Source: an uncultured Opitutales bacterium (GTDB lineage: Bacteria; Verrucomicrobiota; Verrucomicrobiia; Opitutales; Intestinicryptomonadaceae). Taken from it: a stretch of 32,000 nucleotides of DNA. The translations under genes and the position numbers were made by a program. Positions 8,491-16,784 of this stretch are shown here, one piece after another; positions within the stretch are counted from its first letter, which is position 1, and every line of letters begins with the position of its first letter. The stretch is from positions 1-32,000 of the forward strand of contig CAKUIA010000002.1 of NCBI GenBank assembly GCA_934660865.1. The letters run 5' to 3'. The notes under the pieces were generated by a model. That model was not told the DNA's origin, ran no database searches, and saw only the letters and a program-made list of their open reading frames with translations.

Positions 8491-8562
8491 TGGATCATCC
8501 GAGACTCGAACTCGGAACCAATTGCTTAAAAGGCAACTGCTCTACCATTGAGCTAATGATCC
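8491..8562 (-). tRNA. tRNA-Lys (anticodon UUU), CCA not encoded
   Basis: Hand-folded cloverleaf: GGAUCAU-UA-GCUC-AAUGGUA-GAGC-A-GUUGC-CUUUUAA-GCAAU-UGGUU-CCGAG-UUCGAGU-CUCGG-AUGAUCC-A. The genomic sequence that follows is CAU, not CCA. Confidence 0.93.
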
Positions 8563-8654
8563 ATCAATTAAAGACAACAACCATACCCCATGCTTTTTTT
8601 ATTGCAAGCTTTTTTTGTTTATTTTTTCAAAAAAAATTATAGGCTTTGCCTGAT

Positions 8655-9116
8655 ATGAAAGATTCGGCAAGCTTGTTTACTGACGGTTTAAATTGCGCCC
8701 AATCGGTTTTTGTGCCTTTTGCGCGGCAATTTAATATAGACGAAGAAACGGCAAAAAAACTGTCGGTTGCGCTGGGCGCAGGCGTAGGCCGCATGCGCAA
8801 TGTTTGCGGTGCATTCTCGGCGTTGGCAATGCTTGCGGGGTTAAAGTTTTCTGAAAACGACACGCCCGAAAACAAAAAGCGCATATACCAAATAACCCAA
8901 AAGCTGGCCGAAATTTTCAAAGAAAAAAACGGCTCTATCATTTGCGCGGAGCTTTTAAAGCTAAAGGAGGGCGAAAACTCGTCGCCTGCGCCGCAAAGCC
9001 GCAATGCGCAATACTATAAAACGCGGCCGTGCCTTGCCATTGTGCAAAACGCAGCCGACATTGCGGAAAGTAAAATTTTAAGCGGCAAAATTGCCGAAAA
9101 TATCGACGCCAAATAG
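8655..9116 (+). CDS. C_GCAxxG_C_C family putative redox-active protein
   Basis: The spaced Cys pattern of the family is present: GLNCAQSV, RNVCGAFSALAMLAG, SIICAELL, RPCLAIV. I set the start at ATG 8655; the track start 8646 is a TTG. Confidence 0.75.
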   Translation: MKDSASLFTDGLNCAQSVFVPFARQFNIDEETAKKLSVALGAGVGRMRNVCGAFSALAMLAGLKFSENDTPENKKRIYQITQKLAEIFKEKNGSIICAELLKLKEGENSSPAPQSRNAQYYKTRPCLAIVQNAADIAESKILSGKIAENIDAK

Positions 9117-9123
9117 GCCTCGA

Positions 9124-9510
9124 TTATTCCACAACTATGGTATAGACAACTTCAAAAACGGGCTTTTGCGCCTTTTCCCACGGGCGACGGTACTTAAAAA
9201 CTATTGTGCTTTTACCCGCTTTTCTTGCCGAAAACAAAAACACTTGCCTTGCGGGAGCGCCCACAAGATTGTTGTTTTGCGAAACAATATCTTCGCTTTC
9301 AAGCTCTACAACGTATGGCGATTCGTTTTCGAAATCCCACCTATAGCCCGTAGAGGGGTTGCCGTCTAACGTAATTTTTACGGTATCGCCCTTTCGGCAT
9401 TTTGCAAAAGTTGCAGTGTTGTCTAGCTGTAGCTGCGCGCTGCCCGCACACGCGGGCAAAAACAGCAGCCATACGGTTAAAATCGAAAGCATTGCGGTAA
9501 ATTTTCTCAT
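9124..9510 (-). CDS. Chagasin-family (I42) cysteine-peptidase inhibitor, lipoprotein (128 aa)
   Basis: All three chagasin loop motifs are present: GNPSTGYRW (NPTTG loop), LVGAPARQVF (GxGG-like loop) and YRRPWE (RPW loop). The N-terminus MRKFTAMLSILTVWLLFLPAC has a lipobox. ATG 9510 has AAGGA 7 nt upstream. Confidence 0.8.
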   Translation of the reverse strand: MRKFTAMLSILTVWLLFLPACAGSAQLQLDNTATFAKCRKGDTVKITLDGNPSTGYRWDFENESPYVVELESEDIVSQNNNLVGAPARQVFLFSARKAGKSTIVFKYRRPWEKAQKPVFEVVYTIVVE

Positions 9511-9557
9511 ATGCATATCCTTGTTTATTATATCGCCAAAGAATAAAAGACACCGCG

Positions 9558-10475
9558 TTATTTGTTTTGTTCTACAATTTTTGTTTGAGGCGAAGTGGTA
9601 ACTATATATACGCCCGCAAACACCAAAATCGACGCAAAAAGCTTGCCCCACGAAAAGCTATCCTGCCCCACAACTACAGCCACTGTCGACGACACTATCG
9701 GCTGCACATAAATATACATTGCAACAGTGGCTGGCCTCATTCTTTTAATGCCCATTGGCAAAAGCAAATACGAAATAAAAGTGGCAGCCCCCACAACATA
9801 TAAAACGCCCGCCCAGTCGCAAAAGGCAAGCTTGGCAATCTTTTCGGCGTCTTGCGGGCAATAGGCTATAAAGAACGGCGCAAACATAATCGACGAAAAC
9901 GTAAACATCCATTTCATCATTGTAATCGGCGAATATATTTTTGCATAGGGCTTAGACGTTACAAAATAGGTTGCGGCGCACATTGTGGTAAAAAGCACCG
10001 TTAAATCGCCGAACACCGAGCTTGAGTTGCCGGACACCCCGCCCGAAGCCGTAGTTATCAGCCAAACCGCACCTATTGCGCCAATGGCTATGCCCAAAAG
10101 TTTGCGCGCAGTTACGGGGTCTTTCAAATAAAAAGCCGAAATAAACAATGCCGCAAACGGGGTTGCCGTTAAAATCACCGAAGCGTCTATGGGCGAGGTA
10201 TGCCCCAGCGCAAAAATAAAAAGCCCCTGGTTTAGCACAACGCCCGTAAGCGCAAAAAAGAAAAACCACGCCAGCGTTTTAATGTCGGTTTTTTGTTTTT
10301 CCACAAAAAGCGACGCCGTCCAAAAAAGCAAAGCCGCCCCCAAAACCCTAAACATTGTAAGGGTCATGGGCGAAATGTGTCCGCCCATAAGATATTTTGA
10401 AACGGGAATAAAAACCCCGAAAATTGTATTTGCGGCCAATACGCAAATGTGGCCTTTTATGCGTTCTTTTGTCAT
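9558..10475 (-). CDS. EamA/DMT-superfamily transporter (305 aa)
   Basis: The protein is polytopic and hydrophobic, with two EamA-like halves and about 10 hydrophobic segments. I chose ATG 10475; the track start 10529 is a TTG upstream of a promoter-like element. Confidence 0.85.
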   Translation of the reverse strand: MTKERIKGHICVLAANTIFGVFIPVSKYLMGGHISPMTLTMFRVLGAALLFWTASLFVEKQKTDIKTLAWFFFFALTGVVLNQGLFIFALGHTSPIDASVILTATPFAALFISAFYLKDPVTARKLLGIAIGAIGAVWLITTASGGVSGNSSSVFGDLTVLFTTMCAATYFVTSKPYAKIYSPITMMKWMFTFSSIMFAPFFIAYCPQDAEKIAKLAFCDWAGVLYVVGAATFISYLLLPMGIKRMRPATVAMYIYVQPIVSSTVAVVVGQDSFSWGKLFASILVFAGVYIVTTSPQTKIVEQNK

Positions 10476-10488
10476 AATAAAGGCGCAA

Positions 10489-10516
10489 ATTATACACTTT
10501 AGTTGCGCACTATCAA
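10489..10516 (-). promoter_or_regulatory. Sigma70-like promoter TTGATA-N16-TATAAT for the EamA/chagasin pair
   Basis: The minus strand reads gcccTTGATAgtgcgcaactaaagtgTATAATttgcgcctttattATG. The -10 ends 13 nt before the start codon, so the leader would be very short. Confidence 0.5.
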
Positions 10517-10550
10517 GGGCTTTTTGCAAATGCGCCCGGCTCCAAAGCCG

Positions 10551-11696
10551 TTATTGCCGCATAAGCGCCTTTGCGGCGTTTTCTATATGCCTTGAATATT
10601 TAAAGTTTTCTATAAACTCCCTGCGCGACTTTTCGAATTTTTCCGAATCCGAATCGAGGGCGGCCTCGAACATTTCGCCTAGCGAAAGCAGCGTGTTAAA
10701 ATACGCCCCGTTTATCGACGACAGCGCCATTTTTATTTCGGTTATGCGCTGTTTTAGCATTGCCCTGGTTTTCGGGTCTTGGCGGTTTAAAAACACCGCT
10801 TTGTCGGCAAAGCCTGCGCTTTCAAAATCCGGGCAAATAAAGCACATCTTTTTTATAAATTCGGCCGACTCGCCGAAAGTCATAACCCCGCCCTTTCTCG
10901 AATATATTTCGTGGTTGTACACGCACAGCCACAGCTTTTTAAAGTTTGCCTTTGTGGCGTTCTTTTCGAGTGCAAGCAGGGTATTTTCGGGATCTTTGCC
11001 GCTTAGGGCGTAAAGCATTGTTTTTTTTGCAATGGTTTTGTCGTCCAAAAAGTCGCGTATGGCAAGAAGTGTCCAATAAGAGCTGCATTTGGCGTTTTCG
11101 GCGTCGAATTTGTCGGAGGCTTTCAGCGCAAAAAGCTCTTTGCTTTCCATTTTCCCATTTTCAAGCGCACGGCGCACCAACTGCGCCAATTCGCCCATAG
11201 ACACCTTTTGGTAGACATACTCGGCAAAGCCCAACTTAAGCCAAAGGGGAATTTTGTCGGGCTCGTACCCAAAACTTTGGGCCGCCCTGCGTAAAAGCGC
11301 GTCGGATATAAGCGAGCAAAAGTCGTCCAGCAAAAGCTTTTCGTCGAACTTTGCGCTAAGGCGTATTTCCTTTGCGTACTGCGCCGAAACGCCAGAATCG
11401 AACTTGTCGTTATTTTGCGAAACAACCTGCAAAACGATTTTCGGCAGCGAAGCGTCTGCCGCGAAACCGAAAAACTCGTATGCGGCATTTTCGGCGGCGT
11501 ACACAACGGGCAAAACGTAGTTTACCGCCATTGCGGCGTCGGAAATAACTATAAACGACGCCGTTTGGGCGTCGTATAGCTGTTCGGAGGGTTTGTTCTC
11601 AAGCACAACCGGGCCTTTTAAGGCCGCGTTTTTGTCTGCATTGCCGAAAGCAAAACATGCACAAAACAAAAACGCCGCTAAAAAAAACCTAAGCAT
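10551..11696 (-). CDS. Secreted hypothetical protein (381 aa), possible degenerate MA-clan peptidase-like domain
   Basis: ATG 11696 lies 8 nt after the purF stop. There is a signal peptide MLRFFLAAFLFCACFAFG|NA. The upstream 104 aa of the track ORF overlap purF in another frame. I recognise no confident family; see the finding for the LISDALLRR...LGFAEY pattern. Confidence 0.72.
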   Translation of the reverse strand: MLRFFLAAFLFCACFAFGNADKNAALKGPVVLENKPSEQLYDAQTASFIVISDAAMAVNYVLPVVYAAENAAYEFFGFAADASLPKIVLQVVSQNNDKFDSGVSAQYAKEIRLSAKFDEKLLLDDFCSLISDALLRRAAQSFGYEPDKIPLWLKLGFAEYVYQKVSMGELAQLVRRALENGKMESKELFALKASDKFDAENAKCSSYWTLLAIRDFLDDKTIAKKTMLYALSGKDPENTLLALEKNATKANFKKLWLCVYNHEIYSRKGGVMTFGESAEFIKKMCFICPDFESAGFADKAVFLNRQDPKTRAMLKQRITEIKMALSSINGAYFNTLLSLGEMFEAALDSDSEKFEKSRREFIENFKYSRHIENAAKALMRQ

Positions 11697-11704
11697 ACGA
11701 GCAA

Positions 11705-13624
11705 TTAAAAGAACGCCCTGCCTTCTTTTTTCTCGTAGAAGTTTATGAACGAGCGGTTTAGCACCTTGTAGCCTCCTGGGGTCGGGTATTGGCCGGTAAA
11801 GTACCAGTCGCCCAGCGAGGTCGGAACGGATTTGTGCAAATCTTCTATGCTTTGGAAAACAAGCTGAACTTCGCCCTTCCACGGAATGTTTACAGGGTAT
11901 ACCAACTCCGAAATTTTCGCGGTGATTTCGTCGGTGGTAAACTGGTTGTAAATCATATCCACATAGTTTTTCACTTCGGCTGCGGGCTTGTTTTCCTGCG
12001 CTTTGCAAAGGGCGTAAACTTCGTCGATAAGCGAGCCTTTGCCGCGCTCTTTTGTAAGCTTTACCGCGGCCTGAAAGGCTATGAACTTGCTAAGCTCGCT
12101 CATGTCTATGCCGTAGCAGTCGGGGTATCTTATTTGTGGGGCCGTTGCCGCGATAACGATTTTCTTCGGGTTTGTGCGGCTTAAAATTCTAAGGATTTGC
12201 CTTTGCAAGGTCGTACCGCGAACGATGGAATCGTCAAGACAAACAAGCGTGTCTTTGTCGGTTACAACGCCGTAGGTGATGTCGTAAACGTGCGAAGCCA
12301 GCTGCATTCTGTCTTTTTCCTTGCTTATGAATGTTCTTAGCTTGATGTCTTTGTGGGCTATTTTCTCGCCCCTTGGCCAGTTGTCGAGAACGAGCCTGTC
12401 CAAATCCTCCGACGTGATTTTTTCGCCCGCGTTTATCTTTTTAAGCAGTTCCTCCTTAACCTGGGCGCGGCGTATTTTGCGCATGCCGCTCATCATGCCG
12501 TAGTAGGCAATTTCGGCGGTATTGGGAATGTAGCTGAAAACCGTGTGCTTAAAGTCCCAATTTGCACAGTCCATAATGGGCTTGCAAAGGGCTTCGCCCA
12601 TGGCCTGTCTTTCCCTGTATATTTGCGGGTCGTTGCCGCGCGAAAAATATATTCTTTCGAAAGAGCACGCCTTCTTTTCCCTCGGCTGGGTAAATTCCGA
12701 AAGGTTGAATTCGCCGTTCTTTTTAACCGTAAGCATATTTGCGGGCTGCAGTTCGGTTATGTCCTTTTCTTCGGCGTCGAAGATTGTCATAAGCGCAACC
12801 CTTTCGGAGGCAACCGCCAAAATTTCGTCGTTTTTAAAATACCAGCAGGGGCGTATGCCGTTGGGGTCTCTTAGCACAAAACAGTCGCCGTTGCCTATAA
12901 GACCCGCCAAAACATAGCCGCCGTCCCAATATTTGGCGGCCTCGCGCACAACCCTTACGGGGCTTAGGCGGTCGTCCATCATTCGCAAAACTTCGGGGCC
13001 CTTAATGCCCTTGTTTCTAAGCTCTCTGTAGATTTCGCCGTGCTCTATGTCCAGGTGGAAGCATATTTCCTCCAAGATTGTCTGCGTATCGGTATTTACA
13101 ATGGGGTGCACGCCGCGCTCTACCAAACGCTGGTTTAGCTCTTCGGGATTGGTTATCGAAAAGTTGCCAGCCAGCATTACATTGCGCGCAGGCCATGTGC
13201 TTTTGCGGCAAAAAGGGTGGCAGGTTGCCTTTTCGTAGCGGCCGCTTGTTCCGTATCTTAAATGACCCAAAAGCAATTCGGCCGCATAGTCGAAATTCTC
13301 CTTCAAAGAGTCGGGGTCTTGCGGGTCTACCAAGCCGCTCTTTATCATCTTGCTAAGGTGCTTTGTCTGGTGGGCAAAAATGTCTTTCAGCGCGCTCGGG
13401 TCTACGGAGCGCTCCCTAAACAAATAGGGCTTGCCGGGTTTTACGTCGAATTTAACCGCGCCGATGCCTGCGCCGTCCTGCCCTCTGTTGTGCTGCTTTT
13501 CCATAAGCAAAAACAGCTTGTTAAAACCGTAAAGAGCCGTTCCGTATTTTTCCTGATAGTAGCTAAGGGGCTTTAAAAGCCTTATAAGTGCTATTCCGCA
13601 TTCGTGTTTAATGGCGTCGCTCAT
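11705..13624 (-). CDS. purF: Amidophosphoribosyltransferase, long form (639 aa)
   Basis: A class II glutamine amidotransferase N-terminus sits behind a short propeptide before the catalytic Cys (MSDAIKHE-CGIALIRL). Also present are MEKQHNRGQDGAGIG and the PRTase motif LVCLDDSIVRGTTL. Confidence 0.93.
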   Translation of the reverse strand: MSDAIKHECGIALIRLLKPLSYYQEKYGTALYGFNKLFLLMEKQHNRGQDGAGIGAVKFDVKPGKPYLFRERSVDPSALKDIFAHQTKHLSKMIKSGLVDPQDPDSLKENFDYAAELLLGHLRYGTSGRYEKATCHPFCRKSTWPARNVMLAGNFSITNPEELNQRLVERGVHPIVNTDTQTILEEICFHLDIEHGEIYRELRNKGIKGPEVLRMMDDRLSPVRVVREAAKYWDGGYVLAGLIGNGDCFVLRDPNGIRPCWYFKNDEILAVASERVALMTIFDAEEKDITELQPANMLTVKKNGEFNLSEFTQPREKKACSFERIYFSRGNDPQIYRERQAMGEALCKPIMDCANWDFKHTVFSYIPNTAEIAYYGMMSGMRKIRRAQVKEELLKKINAGEKITSEDLDRLVLDNWPRGEKIAHKDIKLRTFISKEKDRMQLASHVYDITYGVVTDKDTLVCLDDSIVRGTTLQRQILRILSRTNPKKIVIAATAPQIRYPDCYGIDMSELSKFIAFQAAVKLTKERGKGSLIDEVYALCKAQENKPAAEVKNYVDMIYNQFTTDEITAKISELVYPVNIPWKGEVQLVFQSIEDLHKSVPTSLGDWYFTGQYPTPGGYKVLNRSFINFYEKKEGRAFF

Positions 13625-13653
13625 ATTTTTAAGATTCTATTTGTTTTTAAGGG

Positions 13654-14967
13654 TTATGAAAGTTTTTCGAGAGCTTTGTCGATGCGCTTTAAGACTCTTT
13701 GCTTGCCCAAAAGTTCCACCATGGGCATAAGGTCGGGCCCGCCCGAAAGGCCGGAAATTGCGAAGCGCAAAATCGGGAAATACTCGGTAAATTTCACGCT
13801 ACGCTTTGCAGCCTGCTCCTCGAAAAGTTTGTGCAGGCTGTCGGCGTCGAATTTGTCGGTTTCGGCAAGAAACTGGCGCGCTTCGCGCAGTCTTGCAAGG
13901 GGGTCGCCCTTCTTGAAAATCTTTTGTTTTGCAGTTTCCGACAATTCGAAGTCGTCGGTAAAGAAATACGATATTATCGAGCTTATGTCCTCTAAATTTG
14001 CAAGCTTGGGCTGAACAAGCTTTAAAACGCCCTTAATGTAGGCCTCGTCGCCTTCGGGAATTGCGCCCTTTTCGGCAAGCGATTTTTTTGCAAGCTTTTC
14101 GAAGGTGTCTATATCCAGCGCCCTTATGTGCTCCTGGTTAAAATAGGCCATTTTGCGCTCGTCGAAGCGCGCGTTGCTTTTTACAATGCCGTCGAAATCG
14201 AAGTGCTCTACAATTTCGCCTACCGACATTATTTCCCTGCCGTTTTTCGGGTTCCAGCCCAAAAGGGACAAAAAGTTTACCACGGCCTCTGGCAAAAAGT
14301 TTCTTTCCATATATTCGGAAATAAGCGCGCCTTTGTCGCGCTTGCTCATTTTGCCCTGGCCCTCGCTTTTAAGAATCAGCGGAATGTGGGCGTATTGGGG
14401 AATCGGGGCGCCGAAAGCCTTGAAAATTTCCAAATGTTTGTTCGTGTTTGTAAGGTGGTCTTGCCCCCTTATAACGTGGGTTATCTGCATTTCGATGTCG
14501 TCTACAACGTTTACGAAATGGAACACAGGCGAGCCGTCGGAACGGAAAATCGGGAAATCTTTTTCCTCCAAGCGCCCTACATCGCCGTAAACGGCATCGT
14601 GCAAAACCTGTTTTTCGCCCGAAACTTTAAAGAAAATAGCCCCGTCTTTGTCGTAGGCGCGGCCGTTTTTGCGCAAAATATCCAAATACTTCAAATAAAT
14701 ATCGCCCCTTTGGCTTTGAAAGTACGGACCGAAATTGCCGCCCTTTTTCGGACCTTCGTCCCAGTCCAGACCAAGCCAGCTTAGGCTGTCTATAATAACG
14801 TTAAGGTATTCCTCGGTGCTTCTGGCCTTGTCGGTGTCTTCTATGCGGAGGATAAAGTCGCCCCCTGTGTGTCTTGCATAAAGCCAGTTAAAGAGCGCGG
14901 TTCTCGCGCTGCCGATATGGAAAAAGCCCGTCGGGCTAGGTGCAAATCTTACTCTTACTTTCGACAT
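13654..14967 (-). CDS. gltX: Glutamate--tRNA ligase (437 aa)
   Basis: Class I motifs are present: RFAPSPTGFFHIGSARTALFNW (HIGH region), ILRIEDTD and GKMSKRD (KMSKS). The length is at the short end for GluRS. Confidence 0.93.
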   Translation of the reverse strand: MSKVRVRFAPSPTGFFHIGSARTALFNWLYARHTGGDFILRIEDTDKARSTEEYLNVIIDSLSWLGLDWDEGPKKGGNFGPYFQSQRGDIYLKYLDILRKNGRAYDKDGAIFFKVSGEKQVLHDAVYGDVGRLEEKDFPIFRSDGSPVFHFVNVVDDIEMQITHVIRGQDHLTNTNKHLEIFKAFGAPIPQYAHIPLILKSEGQGKMSKRDKGALISEYMERNFLPEAVVNFLSLLGWNPKNGREIMSVGEIVEHFDFDGIVKSNARFDERKMAYFNQEHIRALDIDTFEKLAKKSLAEKGAIPEGDEAYIKGVLKLVQPKLANLEDISSIISYFFTDDFELSETAKQKIFKKGDPLARLREARQFLAETDKFDADSLHKLFEEQAAKRSVKFTEYFPILRFAISGLSGGPDLMPMVELLGKQRVLKRIDKALEKLS

Positions 14968-14979
14968 AATGATATTGTT

Positions 14980-15576
14980 CTAAGAAATTTGCCCCATATT
15001 TAAAAAATCTTCAAGCTTTAAGCGCAAGTTCGAATTCTTTTTGCAAATTTCGGCAAAATATTTGTATACATAAACGAAGGCCCCCGAAAATTTTTCGGGC
15101 TTTGCGGCCATTAAACGCTCTATTTCGGCCTTTGTGTACCAGTCTAGCGAGTCTATTTCGGCCGGAGGGAAAACAAAGGGGCCATTGTGCCTTAATACAT
15201 AGACTTTTACAAACTCCATATCGGTTTGTTTGCAGGCGTTTAGCTTGCCTATGTAGATATAGTCGGAAAGCTCGGTATCTATGCCCAATTCCTCCTTTGT
15301 CTCTCTAACTAGGGCTTCTTCGTAGGTCTCGCCGTAGTCGACGTGCCCCGACGACGATGTCGTATAGCAAAGAGGGGCTCTGTCCTTATATTTCGAACGC
15401 ATTTGCGCCAAAATCCTGCCGCCGTTGCCTATTACAATGGCGTGAACCGCCCTGTGCAGCAACCCGTTTTTGTGCACATAGCTGCGGCGCTGGCGGTCTA
15501 TAACGGTGTCGTTGGCGTCTACAACGGCAAAATAGTCGTCGCTTTGGGCGGCAATGTTTTTATCTAACTGACTCAT
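14980..15576 (-). CDS. Nudix hydrolase (IDI-like/COG1443-type scaffold)
   Basis: The Nudix box GHVDYGETYEEALVRETKEELGI is intact. The N-terminal GLLHRAVH resembles the isopentenyl-diphosphate isomerase-like subgroup. Confidence 0.88.
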   Translation of the reverse strand: MSQLDKNIAAQSDDYFAVVDANDTVIDRQRRSYVHKNGLLHRAVHAIVIGNGGRILAQMRSKYKDRAPLCYTTSSSGHVDYGETYEEALVRETKEELGIDTELSDYIYIGKLNACKQTDMEFVKVYVLRHNGPFVFPPAEIDSLDWYTKAEIERLMAAKPEKFSGAFVYVYKYFAEICKKNSNLRLKLEDFLNMGQIS

Positions 15577-15578
15577 TG

Positions 15579-16700
15579 TTATCTATTTAATGGAACAAAT
15601 TTTAGCTTTGCAAAGTCGCTTTCGCCTATTTGCAGCTGCCTGCAATACTCGAACATTACGGGCTTTTCGGCGGATACGGGGAATCCCTTTTTTGCCCTGT
15701 TTGTGCATAAAAATTCCCAGGCTACGGCGTCGACGGCGCAGGGGTTTTGGCTTGCAATTAAAAGCCTGTCGGAGGCCGTATAGGCGTTGTTGAACACGCT
15801 TCCCCCTACAACCTGCCCGTATTGGAAGCTTAAAATGTTAAGCAGCAAACTTTCGTTTAGCTCGGGAATTGCCATAACTTCGGCAACGGCAACGGGCGCG
15901 TTTGCGGTCGCCTCAAAAAACCTTTCGCCGTTCGACATATTCCATATCGACGCATTCGCCAGCGCCGCCGAAACGCCTATGGAATCCATGTCGGTTATAA
16001 CGGGCAAATTTATCCAAAAATCCACATTCAAAAATAGGGGCACGGGCAAAAAGCTTTTGCGACGCGTTTTTTCCGACACGCCGAACGGCTCGCTTTCGTC
16101 GGCAAAACGCGGCACTTTTGCGGGCATTTGGTTGTCGTAAAACCAGTTTTTATCGTAATATTTGCGGCTGGCCAAATCGTATACGGGGCAGCCCTTGTAG
16201 TTGTCGGGCCTGCCCGAAACAATCTCGCCTATTTTCGGCAGATAGCCCGACTGCCTAAGGTAGTGGCGGCGCATATCCACAATGGCTATGTTTTTGTTGG
16301 CATAGCCCCTTAGGTTAAGCTCTTTTATTACGGCGTCTACCAAAGCCTGCGGCGTTGCAAGCCCCCCTCCCGAATTTGTGTAGATTTTAAGTGCAACTTT
16401 GCCGAATTTTGCGGGTCTAATAGGTTTGCCCAGCGCGCTTTCGGTTGCCGAAAATACGGCGCCAACCGCATTTTCGTATTCCGAATCCGAAAAGTTTTGC
16501 ATGGCATACTCGTATACAACGTCTCTAAACTTTGCGCTATAGGCGGCAAAGGGCTGGGGGGGCGTTTGCGGTTTTGCGCTTAATTTTTCGGAGTTTTCGC
16601 CGTTTTGGGCAAAAACGGGGCACAATATGGCAAAAAACGATTGCAAGAACAAAAAATATATTGAAAATGTTTGCGAATTCATAATGGAGGAACTGCGCAT
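15579..16700 (-). CDS. Secreted hypothetical protein, tentatively DUF362-like (373 aa)
   Basis: There is a signal peptide FLFLQSFFAILCPVFA|QN. VALKIYTNSGGGLATPQALVDAVIKELNLRG and INLPVITDMDSIGVSAALANAS loosely resemble DUF362 blocks, judged from memory only. The stop is 2 nt from the Nudix start. An alternative ATG lies at 16682. Confidence 0.65.
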   Translation of the reverse strand: MRSSSIMNSQTFSIYFLFLQSFFAILCPVFAQNGENSEKLSAKPQTPPQPFAAYSAKFRDVVYEYAMQNFSDSEYENAVGAVFSATESALGKPIRPAKFGKVALKIYTNSGGGLATPQALVDAVIKELNLRGYANKNIAIVDMRRHYLRQSGYLPKIGEIVSGRPDNYKGCPVYDLASRKYYDKNWFYDNQMPAKVPRFADESEPFGVSEKTRRKSFLPVPLFLNVDFWINLPVITDMDSIGVSAALANASIWNMSNGERFFEATANAPVAVAEVMAIPELNESLLLNILSFQYGQVVGGSVFNNAYTASDRLLIASQNPCAVDAVAWEFLCTNRAKKGFPVSAEKPVMFEYCRQLQIGESDFAKLKFVPLNR

Positions 16701-16784
16701 ACTGCCCTAAATGTTTTACGCTATAGAATGTTTCGGGCAATGCGTATGTAAAGACTTTTTTTAAGACAAAACTTTTTTCGGGAT

